A DNA stretch of 64,000 nt from Moniliella sp. 'wahieum' (lineage: Eukaryota): contig RSEE01000080.1 in assembly GCA_003971905.1 (NCBI GenBank), positions 1 to 64,000 on the forward strand, read 5' to 3'. The first letter of the stretch is position 1. Every line of letters starts with the position of its first letter. This document shows, in pieces, positions 1 to 14,493 of this stretch. The position numbers and the translations under genes were made by a program. The notes under the pieces were generated by a model. That model searched no databases and had not been told where the DNA came from. It worked only from the letters and a program-made list of their open reading frames with translations.

Positions 1-223
1 TCCCCATCGCCCTACGCCCTGCAAGAGGCAACCAAACCTTGGGCGGTAAACCAAGAAACACGCTCGCTTCGTAGGTCTTATTTCGTGTGGACACGCCCAG
101 CTATAGAGTTGCCGGGGAGCATATACAAGTTCGCAGAATAGATTCGAGGGTAGAGTACATGTTATAATGAGTACTGATGCGCGCGCATTGTGGTGTTAGA
201 CAGGCAAATGGAGTCCGTGCTGC

Positions 224-1829
<1,606 letters not shown>

Positions 1830-3693
1830 GGGAAAGGGGGCGAGGAGAGGCGGGGGGGGTGGCCTGGACGGGGAGGCCGATGGGGGAGGGGACGAACTGC
1901 AGGGGAGGGGGGTATTTAAGGCAAGCGAGGGCTGGCTTATCAGCCTGATAATCGCAGCCTCGATAAGATCTGTGCTGCAGTATGTCGGGGGGGCTGCATG
2001 CGGCGGCCCTGGCAGCCCCGGGCCGCCCCAACAGCGACAGGCCACGCAATCCTGCCTGGATAACGCGCCCGCAGCCGCAGGCCGTCAGCGCAGCGCTCAG
2101 CCAGTCACGTCACCGGTCCCCATCGGCTCCCGTCCGCCCGCCACGGGCCGGTGACTGGCGCCGTGCACCGCTTCCGGGCGGGACCCGCCCGATGCCCAAG
2201 CACAGCAACAGTGTCGCGGCAGAATGACGTTGTCGTGCTAGGGCATGCCAGCACGGGGGCAGCGTTGGGATGACTCGTCCGATCCAGATCGCTGCGTGGC
2301 CACCGACGCCCCCTTTCGGTCATCGAGTCATCAGATGCATCCATCGGCGTCGGCATGTGGCGGTGGGGCAATGCAAATGTTGCCCCAGCAGCCCCAGCAC
2401 CAGGCCACTCAGGCCCCCGGCATTCAGTCATCTCCACGCGTCACGCGTCACAGCCACCCTTCACCCTTCACGCGTCACAGCTGCAGGTGGGATGCGTGAG
2501 CATAAGATCTGAGAAGCGCCATCGCGCTAGCTTATACGAAGGGTCTAACATGTCCACTGATTAGATAACCCACCCCTCTTACTGGGGTGTCTCTGTTCAT
2601 CCAGTCTCCTCCCACCATCTCCCCTGTCGGGCCCCTCCCATCCTCCCATCCTCTCTCCCGCTCCCTCCTCTGGTGCAGGCCCGCAGCGCAGCAACCCACA
2701 TCATCAAAGACACTCGATACACACACCCACACACCAAAAACTTTTGTTTACAAAAACACCTTCAAGGTCCTCTGTAGATTACAGCCACGCTACTGGGAAT
2801 GTAGCACGTCCAGCTAACTGCTAGACTCCGCGGCGCAGACAAGCTGATTTCAGCTCAACTCACTTCCCAAAAGTTCACTCCCCCTGGGTTCCTCGATGAA
2901 GAAGAAGAACTTGCTCTTCTACAGCAAACTGGGCGAAGAACCGACCTAGAGCTTGATATGCCATACTCGAGCATACACAATGATACCCCCCCCCCCTTTG
3001 CGCAATGCCCGTGTTGCTAGTAGGTGAGCGCTGATCCCGGATTTGGCGTAACACTCGTGTTTGTACTACACTGCAGCAACTTCCGCCCTGTAGCTGTCAC
3101 CTCCCTCACTGGGTGATAAGCTCAGTCTAGTATACCCAAGCGAGCCCTTTGATCAGTTACGCTATGAGGACACCTGTGGGTATGGTTGTGGCACAGGGCG
3201 CTGATAGAAGGCGCGCCAAGCCAAAACGCATACCACAACCATAAACTGATTTCGCAAACATACCCAACAACATCTTCCAAGTCTATGGGAACGCAGACTG
3301 GCTAGGGATATAAGCACCCCCTGGTCAGGTATCATGTCCACCATTGCCGTTCCACAATAGGAGGAGGCGGGGTTTTTAGGCGAGAAAAGGACTACTCAAG
3401 ACAAACTTGTTTGCCATGCATATACACCGAGGATCACGGCCCCCGATCAATATTCAATATCGAATCTGCATTTTTCCTTCTTTCTTCCCACTGTGAAGGT
3501 TCATCAGATCCATAAATGTCAACAGAGGCAAGGCGTGTATTTGCCCCATGAGTGTGCCAATGCACGTGCGGGTTTGTACGATCCTGGAAATACAATTCCG
3601 TTCCATATGCGCTTGCTTGCTCAAGTCAAGGAGGAAGGGAAGCAAGCTGACATCCTACTGAGAAGACAACTTCTGCTAGATCCGGCCAAGAGG

Positions 3694-5416
3694 TCAACGT
3701 TTGCGGTTCTTGAGCAGGGTCGCGTTGCCCATATTCAACTCAAAGTCGTCTTTGGGGGGGGTAGGCCGCGGGCTTGTGGCACACCATGAGGTATTGTCCC
3801 ATGAGGCTGAGCCCCATTGGTTTGGATGGGTGGGTACCTGCTTGCTCGTCCCGTGATGGGTTGGGTTACAACGCTTGACTGTCGTTCCTCCTCCTCCTCG
3901 ATCGGCTGGCTTTGGAGGGAGTGGGTAAATGCTTCTTCGTCGACGCGGTGCACGGCATACGAAACGTCAAAGGCGGCCTTAAGCTGTTGAAGGCCCGGGG
4001 TGGTCAAGCCCAAGCCGGCACGAGCGGCGCGCGAAACAGTAGGGTCGGTGGAACACAAGACAGAAAGAAGCGGAGAGGAGAGGGGCATGCCTTGTGCCAT
4101 CTCCATCCTCTTGGGGGTAAGGAAAGGGACTGGCTGAGGTGCACGACACCACGGATGTTGCAAAAATTCGTCGATGGTGTAGCGTCTCCGCGGATCAACC
4201 GTAAGCAGGTGACTGATCAGATTCTTGGCCGACACCGACACATCATCCCACCAAGGCGAGAGGAAGGTATACTGCCCTCGGGCCACCTTCTCCGTCAGGA
4301 CAGCGATACTCTCGTCGTAAAAGGGAGGGAAACCACAGAGGAGGTGTAGAGTACATCCCAATGCCCATAGATCCACCGACTTGCTGTAGGAGGACTTGCG
4401 TACAATCTCGGGTGCAGTTACCCAATTGTGCCACAGGGGGATGTGGCATAGCCTTCGTGCACTACTTTGCTCAATCCAAAATCCGCAATCTTCACCCGCC
4501 CAATCCCGCCTCCACCAACACCAGGAATGAATTCACCTTCATCCACTTTGCCTTGATCGTAGGGCCGGGCTTTGCTGATCTTGGACGGGATCACAGAGAT
4601 GGGTTCAAACAGAATGTTCTCGGGTTTGATATCGCGGTGCACGATGCCGGCCTCATTGTGAAGGTAACGGATGGCCTCGCGACCTGGAGGATAATATGCC
4701 TGGCAACGTCTTCGGAAAAGTACGTATATTTGGCAATCTGGTGGAACAGTTCTCCTCCTTGCACCAGCTCCATGACGAGAAAATAGTATTGGGGCGATTC
4801 GCCAAACTCGAGAAGCCGAACAATGTTGCCATGCGAAAGTCGTCTCATGATCTGGACCTCCTTCAGAATACTGGCCCGCTCCGTAGCTCGATGTCGCCTG
4901 CGGAACTGGGGCTGGAGATGAGACGAGGAAAACTCCTCGGCTTTGCGCACCACCTTGATTGCACATTCGCCCCCGGACAAACGGTGGCGGGCACGAAAGA
5001 CGCTGCTAAAGGCCCCTTCGCCCATCTTCTCGAGCAAGACAAACCGCTCGGTCAAGCCCGGGTACGTGGGCAGTGGTTGGTTCGGTACGGCATTTTCTCT
5101 CCGGACCAGGTCCTGCGCTGCCGTGCGGTGCACCCTCTGCGTGTCGTTCTCTTCCTTGAGAGACGCTGTCGTCGGTGGCGGTGAATCTGGGACGGAGGTC
5201 GCAGGGGTCTGAAGCGTACTTGGTCTGCTCTCGGCGCTGCGTTCCGATTGTGTCGGGCTACCTCTTGGGCCAAAGGATGATCGCGTTCGACCTGGTACTG
5301 GTCCAGTTAGCGGGAATGTTGGCGGCAGCCCCGCCATGGCGGATGAGGTGCTGGAAGCCATCGAGGATGGGCGTGGCCGACTCTTCCGCCGGCGTGGCGA
5401 CGCTGACGAAGTTCAT
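3694..5416 (-). CDS. SRK1: CAMK-group Ser/Thr kinase of the Srk1/Rck1-2 (MAPK-activated) family; frameshifted
   Basis: KMGEGAFS, AIKVVRK, HRDIKPEN, family-typical GGGGIGRVKIADFGLSK insert, PCGT, GFPPFYDESIAVLTEKVARGQYTFLSPWWD, C-terminal FELNMGNATLLKNRKR followed by a stop. Confidence 0.88.
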
Positions 5417-6066
5417 CGGCAAGTGGATGGGGTCGAGGTGACGCGATGACGGGAGAGAAGCTGGGGTCTCCGGGCGGAAGCTGGGGAAGCAGCCCGCGCA
5501 GCAGAAGGCACGAAGGCAGGCACGGGCAGTGGCGACCATGATCGATGATCGCGGCGAGCATGGCGTCGACTAGGACCGTGGGGCTGGCCAGCGCTGGCCC
5601 CGTGGGAGCTTGCGAGGGGTTTGCCCTGGTCTGCCTGGCTGGCCTCCGACACAATGTGGCTGCGACGGGGCCTCTCGGGCCTTTCTTCAGCTGAAGTTCA
5701 AGCTCCCTTGGCCATTCCTGCCTGCCTCCGGCCTCCAGTAGGCTGGTACGTACGTCACTGCAACCCAGCCGAACGGCCAGGACGCAGGAGGGACTAGGGA
5801 GCGATGGAGGACGTAGGACCCCAGAGGACCCCTGACCGATGATCGATGATCACCGATCTATCGATACGCCACCAGTGCCACACCCACACCCGACGATCGG
5901 AAAGCCTCTTGCTGAGCCAGAGGGAGCATCTGAGTCTCAGATGCCTGCCAGTCCCGGGCCTGAGCGTTTCAAATCACACTGCCCATACATTGCACCGATC
6001 CCCTCGAAACATTGAATATTGACTTTTTGCCTAGGTGATACTTTTTGGAATTCACCTTCCCCATAA

Positions 6067-6151
6067 GCCTCGCTATTTCAATCGGTAGAATTTGAGACTC
6101 TTATATGAGAGGTCCATCTCACGGTTGTGGGTTCGAGTCCCACGTGGGGCG
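6067..6151 (+). tRNA. tRNA-Lys(CTT) with 12-nt intron (6104-6115)
   Basis: Acceptor GCCTCGC/GTGGGGC, anticodon stem TGAGA/TCTCA, loop CT-CTT-A, T-arm GTGGG-TTCGAGT-CCCAC, followed by TTTTT terminator. Confidence 0.9.
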
Positions 6152-6414
6152 TCCTTTTTACCTGTCCAGCCTTGCTTTTTGATGGAGAGCAAGTTCCCGG
6201 CAGCTCGTTGAACTGAACACTCAACTTTCAGGATGCTGAATCCGTACACATGATGGACGATACTTTATTAGTCAACTGAACGTTGAACGAGCACAAGCCG
6301 CCTAATACGCTGGATTATATGAGAGCGAGCCTATACTGATAGGCGCAACGTTACTTTCTCCCAGCAGCCTCAATCTCTATGTGCAAATGGGATATCAATT
6401 CGCGAAGGTGGACC

Positions 6415-6504
6415 GGTGGAACGGTGACTACGGTGGAGACGGTGGCGACGGTGGAACGGTAGCTAAAAGGTGGCGACGGGGGAACGGTGGTTACGGTGGC
6501 GACG
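6415..6504 (+). repeat. Degenerate GGTGGAACGGTGRYTACGGTGGCGAC-type repeat (about 3 units)
   Basis: Units ggaacggtgactacggtggagacg, ggaacggtagctaaaaggtggcgacg and ggaacggtggttacggtggcgacg. Confidence 0.6.
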
Positions 6505-8784
6505 CAGCACCAAGCTGGGGCGAAGCCCCAACAGCTGACCGCGCCATAGGCCCGGTGGTCTCCTCGTGGAGCAAAAAAGGGCATCTATACTGCATCCATA
6601 TCATTGACCCAGCTTATGGCTGAGACAAAGAAACGCTGCGGCGTCTATACTTTACAATGTGGTTTTCTTTTGTCTTTTCACCGCAGTTGTTTCGCTCGCT
6701 CCGCAGTCATCGATCATCGATCATCTCTCTCAAATATAGCCCAACCGACAGCAAAACGGCAAAGGGCCGGAGCGATTCAACTATACGAGAGTATGACATT
6801 TCAATGCAGTGATAATCGATAAGACCTAATGGGGAGGGGGCCCAACACGCCTTGGAACAACCCCCCCTCCTCCGTCAGTAATCGATTACATGGATTTGCT
6901 GGAGAGGTGTGTGCAGAAATGCGAGAAGCGGAAAGTCCTTGTGCTGATAGGGAAAAGAATTCATATAGGTCTTCGTACCAAACGTCCCTTCTGATGTAAG
7001 TGATCCACTCCGCCTTGGCCACGCGGCAGGGAGAGAGGTAATCGATCGATGTAATCGATTTTCGATGAGACCGAGGGATAATAAAAGAGAGCGAGATTGA
7101 ATTGGTGTATATATATGACGCGTCTCCGCGAGCGTCTTCCGTGATGCTGAACGTAAAAGCGAGAAATATCAATGAGATAGTAGAAACGTGTCGTCACAGA
7201 GATGTCATGCGGAGGCACTGAGGGCGTATATATGCATTTGAGTGTTCAGGCTGAGGTCTCAACCGCTGAGGACAGTTGGAATCTCTCGTTTTGAATTAAA
7301 ACGCTACAGATAGCGGCTTTCAAACTGAACGAGTCTCTTCTCTGATGTACTATGGGAAGAGCGAGCTTCAACGAAGTTAGTTGACGAGCGATGGCCAAAC
7401 TGATTATGCCAGTGGCAACCGCGAGTATAGCCAGTATTATATTGCGACCAAAAGTGTCGAAAATGGAAACAGTACGAGCGAGCTGATAGGCAACACACAT
7501 CGATAAGATGGCTGTCGACGGTCGATGCGTTCTTCGAGTGTCTTCGTGGAGATTGAAAAAAAAAACTACAGAAGATCGAGGAAGAAGAGTGTGGCTCTGG
7601 GGACAATCGAAGCTCAAAGGGTGGGAGGTATGCATTAGTATATCCTCATCGAGTCGTGCAGATTCTGGGGCGGCTACAACGCGCTGTGCGTACACGACAC
7701 GCTCTTTACCATGATGGTGGTGGAGAGAGATCGCGCAAGCTGAGCTGAGCTGAGCTGCGGCTGAACGCTCAGACGCTGAGGCGCTGAGGGAGCTGAGGCG
7801 CTGAGGATGCCATTCACGAAGTTGGTTATTGTCACTGGTCACTATAATCAATCCTCAATGTGTGATCCGTTGTTCCGATCGCACACATATCAGGGCTGCA
7901 AACGGGGGTTGTGTACGATGAGAAGGTCATGACATGGGACATACTCTCAAGTGTGTGTGGGGGGGGACTGTAGGATGGTTATTGGTTTAAGTGGCACGAT
8001 GCGGCGCACCACATGCACGCTACTTTATTGGCCCCTCAAAGGGTGTTTGGCGCATGGCAGCAGGGTGTGGCGCGAGGAAGGCTGGGGAACGACACTGCCC
8101 CCCAGCGTGTGCGGCGCGAGAGAGACAGATCCAGGGCCTGTTGCGCAAGCACAGAGGGTTTAGTAGGGCTTTGAATACACCCTTCTCGCCAGAGCCAAAA
8201 GCAGTAGGCCGAAACGGGCCGAAGCGGGGAGTGGTTGATATAGAACAGCTAGTACTGACATGGCATGGAAACCGCGGTAACTATGGAGTAGTAAACTATA
8301 CGCATGCATGAGGTCTGAGTGAGACTATGTGCGCATATGACGCGCCCAGCTGGGGAGCAGTCTGGAGCACGCCTGGGCAGCGGCTGCGTGTCAGATGTGA
8401 GCATCTAAGTTCTGATGCCAAAGACGCGGGCTGGGGCGGCATGGCGCAAGCATCGCAAAGTGGAAGGCCTCAGGCCCCTCACGCCTCACCCTCACGCCTC
8501 GCTCGCTCAGCGCTCACTCCTCTCAGGGCCCTTTCTCTCTAAACCCCCAGCAGCACACCCGTCCATAGATAGTTGATACGTTGATACCCCGAAAGCACTG
8601 CGTCCCACCACCCTTTCCTATCTCACGCACACCGGCCCCGTCTTGTATCATACGTTCGGTTGGAACGTATATATAGATGGCGTCTCCACCCCTTCACATG
8701 CCCTTTTTCGTTTTTTCTCTCCCCCGTCCCACACCCTCTGTCACCGCCACCACCTACCCACCCACCGTCTATCCCCCCACAGAG

Positions 8785-9779
8785 ATGAGTACAATGTACC
8801 TTGAGCTGCAGATGCCACCTGGACCCCAGTTAGCTCAGTTCCTCGCTTCCACTCCCCGAGGCTTGCTGGGTCCCTCGGCGAGCGCATGCGAAACGCGTCT
8901 TGGCGCTCATGGGGCACGCTTAACCGCCAGGCTCGCCTTACTTCCGCCTTGATCAACATCGAAAAAGCCGCATCCATCAGCGCCGAAGAGCTGCATCAGC
9001 CGTTGTCCACCCTTCAGTCGCTCCAATGGGACACCAGCAGTCCGGATGATCTTGCTCCTGTCCCTCCTCCTTCTTGCCCTCCTCCTCTTGCCCCTACTCC
9101 TCCTACGTTTCAATCACCCTTCTTGCAACCCGTCCTCAAGCTGCTTCGTCCTCCCAACCCCAGAAAGAGTACAGCCCCCGTTCCCGTTCCCAGGGGGACC
9201 TGATCTCTGCCGAGCAGGAGAAATGGGCTGCTCGGAGTGGGCATGACCTTTCCGAACGCCCCGCTTGCGCGGCGGCACTCCGTCAAGCCCTCAGCGCTTC
9301 GTTGTGGAGGCATGCTGGCTCAAAGCGACCACTCAAACCCCCATCGTAAATCCTTGTCTTCTCTGCCAACTACCAAACCCCGTTGGAAGCCGGAACGAAC
9401 GGGGATCGGCCCAGCAAGGTGGTTTTCTGATGCAGACGTCACCGTCGCGGGATCAATATGAGGCGTGGACTGGACAAGAACAAGACGGCGGTTCAGACGA
9501 GGAGAGTGTAATCTCCGTCGATGCGTATCAGCGTTCCAAGTCGCCGTGGACAGTGCATTCTGTTTCCGAGTCGGAGAGCGAGATCGAGATGATGGAGGAT
9601 CCGATCTCTCCTCGGACAGAAGTAAAAAGAACCAGCGCTGTGCTTCGGACCGTTCAGTGGACGCTGCGGTTATCCGTCGACGGAGTCCTTCCACTCCTTC
9701 CATCTCGCCCTTGACACCGTTGCGACCATTGTCAGCACTGCCACCGAGACGAAAGCTCCCTCTGAGCTCGTCTGCTTGA
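8785..9779 (+). CDS. Hypothetical Pro/Ser-rich protein; frameshifted
   Basis: Chain of overlapping + strand ORFs (8677..8952, 8886..9203, 9237..9461, 9265..9714, 9465..9779) with coding-like composition, downstream of TATATA and a CT-rich leader. No recognisable domain. Confidence 0.5.
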
Positions 9780-10154
9780 CTTCGTCCTCTCTGATTATGT
9801 ATGTATAGGAAAGAGACTCGCCCAATCTGTCACGTACCTCTCTACTGGTACATGCGGCGTATTAGAGGTTTTTTTCTTTCCTCGGCACACATCATTATGG
9901 ACCCCATTTGTGGTCAAATATGCCAAAATCTATCACTGATGTTTTCATTGACCCACACTCCTCTCTCCATATGCCTCTGTAGCTAGAGGACTGTATCGTC
10001 GGCACGGCCTTTTATGATGAAAACCCACAACATAGGCACTGTTGTGGAGGCTTGTCAGTTATGGCAAGATGGACTGCTTTGAGAGCCTGTGGTTGAACTT
10101 GGTTGGCACGAGTTTATCATTGGGTGGAACAGCAAAAAGACCGAAACGAAAAAG

Positions 10155-10241
10155 TTCCCCGACCGGGAGTCGAACCCGGGTCTTGACGGATCCCCCGAAT
10201 GCGGTGAGAGCGTCACATCATAGCCGTTGGACCATCGAGGA
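10155..10241 (-). tRNA. tRNA-Glu(CTC) with ~15-nt intron
   Basis: Reverse strand reads TCCTCGA...TGACG-CT-CTC-A-[intron]-C-CGTCA...CCGGG-TTCGACT-CCCGG-TCGGGGA-A followed by TTTTT. Confidence 0.92.
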
Positions 10242-10412
10242 TTGTTAACGCTTGGGCCATATATGGCTAACCCCACAATACCCACACTCTGTTATCTACG
10301 TCAACAGACTCTCCCCTTCTAATATGCCAGTCCTCTGAATGAACACGGCCTTCCCTTCACTATCATCCTGCTACACTCTCGCTTCGCCACCAAGCCTCTT
10401 TGTCGGGGATAA

Positions 10413-10532
10413 TAAGGAAAACAGGGAGATGAGAAAACACGGAACTCCTGGGCCAGAAAGAGAGGGTGGACTACATGTGAAGGGACGTTATCTGGCCAAA
10501 TAACGCACGAGCCACCCGTGGTTCGATGTGTT
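10413..10532. repeat. Dispersed diverged element, copy A (copy B at ~56074-56180)
   Basis: Collinear shared blocks GAGAAAA, CGGAACTCCT, TGAAGGGnCGTT, TGGYCAAA, CACGAGCCACCC. Confidence 0.75.
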
Positions 10533-11016
10533 GAACAAGTTCTGCTAGTGCTCTCTAGGGCTGCGCGGGCGCTAACCTGTGTCCAGCGCTCAGAAGAGGG
10601 TGTCCGTTGGATGGGGACAGGGACGCAGAGTCCCAGCAGTCACAGGCTCAGCGCGCGCTGATCCAGGCACACCCCGTCATCATTATCGACGCCATCCGCC
10701 CGAGGACGGCCGAGGATGGGCGGTCTATAGCAAACGTGTGGGGACGAAGCGGGGTCTAGGTCCCCTTCGACATTCAGTTGGGGCTGGCTAATAGGTCGGT
10801 CAGCTTAATCGCTTTGGGGCCGGCGCTGCGCTCGGCCATTCGGGACTTGCATACCCGGGTGCAGCCATTCAATATTCAGACTCCGTCACAGTCACTCTCG
10901 TGACGCGTGAGTCGAGTAACTCATCTGAGTGCTGGGTGTTCCTCGTATTAATACCGCCTCCGCACCTTTGACGCTCCAACCCTTTGTCCAACTTCATCCT
11001 GCTCACAACCAGCACG

Positions 11017-12262
11017 ATGCCCAAGGATGCGAGCCCAGAAATTTTGCCCGAGTTGGGCGCCAGCACACTCTACAGCGTCCAAGGAAAAGTACGTCTTGTT
11101 CTTTGGGGCGTATGACGTGGGAGGCCTGAGCCTGAGGGGAGCTACTGACCGATGCTCAGGTAGCTGTCGTGACCGGTGGAGGATCTGGATTGGGGAAGAG
11201 TATGTGAGGCTCCATGATGGAAGCCAGGAGAACTGACAAAGGTCGATGAATGTTCATGATGAGCAGTGATGGCCGCCACTCTGGCGCGTAACGGAGCCAA
11301 GGTGTACATTGCGTCGCGCAAGCTGCCCGAGTTGGAGAAGGCGGCTGCGACGCTGGGGCAGCTTTCCCCCCCGGGCTCGGTGGAGGGCCCCGCGGTGATC
11401 GCACTGCAGGCGGATGTGAGCAGCAAGGCGGGTTGTGATGCGTTGGCGCAGCAGATCAAGGCCCGCGAGAGCAAGCTGGATATTCTCATCAACAACTCGG
11501 GTGTCACCTGGGGCGGTTATGGACGACTTTCCCGAAGCGAAGGGATGGGACCGCACGTTTGACTTGAATGTCAAATCCCAATTTTACCTTACTGTCGCGT
11601 ACGTCGCCTCCACCCCTTTCCGAGATGGGGCAGCGCAGAGTGAGAAATTGACCTGTGAACAGACTTCTACCCCTGTTGGAGAAGGACAAGTCGAACACGA
11701 GTACGTCTCTCTGCTTTTGCTCCAGTGTTCTTGAACTTACACATCTATCCAGATCCTGGCGCGGTGATCAACATTGCCTCGGTTGCCGCGATCAACCCTG
11801 CGGCTGAGGGCCCGCTCTCGGCACCTGGTGAGGGCACTTGGAGTTGTACGTTACCTTTGCTCGCACCTGTCCCATACCCTTGTTGTACTAACCCCCCGCT
11901 CTGCAGACCAACCGTCCAAGGCAGCTTCGGTGCACCTCTCCCGCACGCTCGCATTTTCGTTGGCGGATCGGCATGTGCACGTCAATGCCATCCTGCCGGG
12001 TGTCTTCCCCAGCCGGATGACGGCCTACGGCTTCTCCGAGGCGGCCGAGATGCTGGAGGCAGGCCAGCCGACAGGTACGTCGTCCCATTTTCTCCCTGAC
12101 CCTGGCAACTCTGACATGGCTACTGTGGCAGGCCGCACGGGGACGCCAGAGGATATTGGCGGGCTGGTGCTTCTGCTGTGCTCGCGTGCTGGGGCGCACA
12201 TTGTGGGTGCTGCGATTCCGCTTGACGGCGGACAGACGATGCAGATGTTCCCCAAGCTGTAG
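11017..12262 (+). CDS. Short-chain dehydrogenase/reductase (classical SDR, RhlG-like), multi-intron
   Basis: VVTGGGSGLG Rossmann motif, KLDILINNSG, VINIAS, spliced YxxSK, VNAILPGVFPSRMT, GAAIPLDGG; GTACGT/GTATGT...CAG introns. Confidence 0.9.
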
Positions 12263-12813
12263 CGCGGCAGGCGAAATGGATTGGCCATCTCGGTGCGGAA
12301 GACGTGGGCCTGATGGGCGTGCCGGCGTTAAGAGGGTGTCTGTGCGGTGGGGACAGGCCGGCAGAGTCCGCAGTCAGGTAGTCCAGTCAGACTCTGTGTC
12401 AGCTAGTCAGCGCTCAGCGCCGCAGTGCGGGCATAAGGGCAACGCCTCCCATGGGGAGAGCCGTGTCGCCGCTGGCCAGTGTCCACCAGACGTTTCAATC
12501 TCTCAATCCGCGCACCGGTGGTGGCTTATTCCGGCCGCGATGGGCGGCATTCGCCTCGCTGGGCCCAAACCCGCACGATCGTGCGAGGACTCGCGTTACG
12601 CGTGACGTAGTCCCCCCAACCCTAGGGGGGCGTGCTGCGGCAATATTTGATCAACACTGACCTCCTGCCCGCGTTTCGTACCCAGCCGCCCGCTGCGAAT
12701 GGAAGGGCGACCGGCGTTGGGGCCAGAGGTCAGGGTTGAGGTTGTCGCCTTGGCTTCCATCCACTCTGCTGCTCACCCACCCCACCCCCAACCCCATCGT
12801 CGTCGTCGTCGGC

Positions 12814-13743
12814 ATGAGCTTCGCCTCGTCCAACCCCTTTGCGCTCCTTAGCGAGGACGGCACTCCCGCCCAGGCGCCTGCCAAGGCCGCGCCCAAGAAG
12901 GCTGCTGAAGCGCCCAAGCCCCGCGACATTCCCGGTGCGCCAAGCGCCAGAACAACCGCAAGGGCCCGGCCGCCCCCAAGGAGGAGTCCTTTGCTGCTGC
13001 TGGCAACGTGCCCCGAGAACCGCCGTGCGCCCCGTGGTATGTCTGGCCTCTTTCTTTGTTTTCCTCGAGCACCACGACTGACTTTTTGGGACAGGTGAGA
13101 CCCGTGGCCGTGGCCGTGGTGGCCGTGCCCGTGGTGCTGGCCACGGCCGCCAGTTCGACCGTCACTCGGCTACCGCCCACACTGACACGGCCAAGACCGT
13201 CGAGCAGGGCTGGGGTGGTGCCGACCCTAAGCGTGAGCTTGAGGCTGAGGCCGAAGGCAAGGCTGACGCCAAGGCCGAGGAGGCTGCGCCTGCGGACGCT
13301 CCCGTCGAGGAGGCCGCTCCTGCCGAGCCGGAGGACAAGACTCTGACCCTCGATGAGTACCTCGCCTCGCTCGCCGAGAAGAAGGCTGCCATTGCGCCCA
13401 AGCGCGAGATCCGCCAGGTGGACGCTGCTCCCAGGAGGGCAAGAAGGTGACCAAGGCTACGGAGGCTGAGGAGTCGTACTTTCTGCCATCAACAAGGAGA
13501 AGGCCCACAAGGCTAAGAAGGACAAGTCTGTCGAGCAGATCGACACTGCCTTCTCCTTTGCACCCCCCACTGCGGGCCGGGGGCGTCCCCGTGACGGCCC
13601 GGGCTTCTCGGGACGTGGCCGCGGCTCCCCGTGGCCGTGGTGCCGGCGCTGGCCGGGGACGTGGTGGCCGCACCAACCAGGGTAGCCGTCAGCAGGACGT
13701 CAACCTCGGTGACGCCAAGGCTTTCCCCTCGCTCGGGGCCTAA
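12814..13743 (+). CDS. STM1: Stm1/SERBP1 (HABP4_PAI-RBP1) ribosome-hibernation RNA-binding protein; intron ~13037-13094
   Basis: N-terminal SSNPFALL, RQFDRHS..., QGWG, KTLTLDEYLA, RGG boxes, C-terminal DAKAFPSLGA. Confidence 0.88.
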
Positions 13744-14493
13744 GGACCTGTTCCTTGGCGGGATGCGAAGTTGTCCCCCGGTGTGCTAAGTGCAGCCCTT
13801 CTGTTACTCTCCTGAACGTTGAGTGACCTTCTTATGAGGACACCCTCCGCTCTGGTTGAGAAAGAAAAATCTATCCGCTTGCTGCGATCGCCCTCCTACG
13901 CTAGTTTTTTGGACTTTGTCCCCATATGCGGAACATGCCTTCCACCTGATCTTCTCTCGAATTGTCGGTAATCCCCCTGCGGCAGCTGCAGTTCGACGAA
14001 TGAGGTCGATTTATAGAAAGACAAGTGAGTAGTATATGGTTGCCAGACTTGGCGGTGGCATGATAGAACCGCCGGAGGCACGGCGTTGTATCCTCAACCT
14101 CGCTGGTGAGCCTTTACTTGGGGCAGCCATCCTCCTCCGCTTCTCTGATTTTGACTACCGCCAAAAAGACAGCATGCCAGATGGCGTGGGTGGGCGCGCG
14201 GCGTTCTGAGTACGCTCCATGCGCATACTGGGTGGGTTCCGGTTGGTGGTGCACCGAGTCATGTACTGCGATTAGGTCCCGGGGGGTGTCCCATGCAAAC
14301 TCAAGGCCTGTCCTCAACATGTGTAGCTTGTTTGCCCTCAGCGGACAATGCGTGGACGATGTCTTTTGTATGCTACCTCAACTCCATCCCCATGTGTTGC
14401 CCAACTTCCATCATCCCGCTTGAAGGGCATCTCCTCTCTGGTATCCACCCTATGTGCATTCCTAGTTCAAACAGAACAATGCAGATGCGTTGC

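Noticed and set aside
6381..6623. Pheromone or Kex2-processed repeat peptide precursor
   Set aside because: No signal peptide, no CaaX Cys, a single KR site, and the repeat units are not all in one frame.
13896..14480. Short ORFs between Stm1 and the aminopeptidase
   Set aside because: No recognisable homology or consistent frame, so I cannot support a gene.
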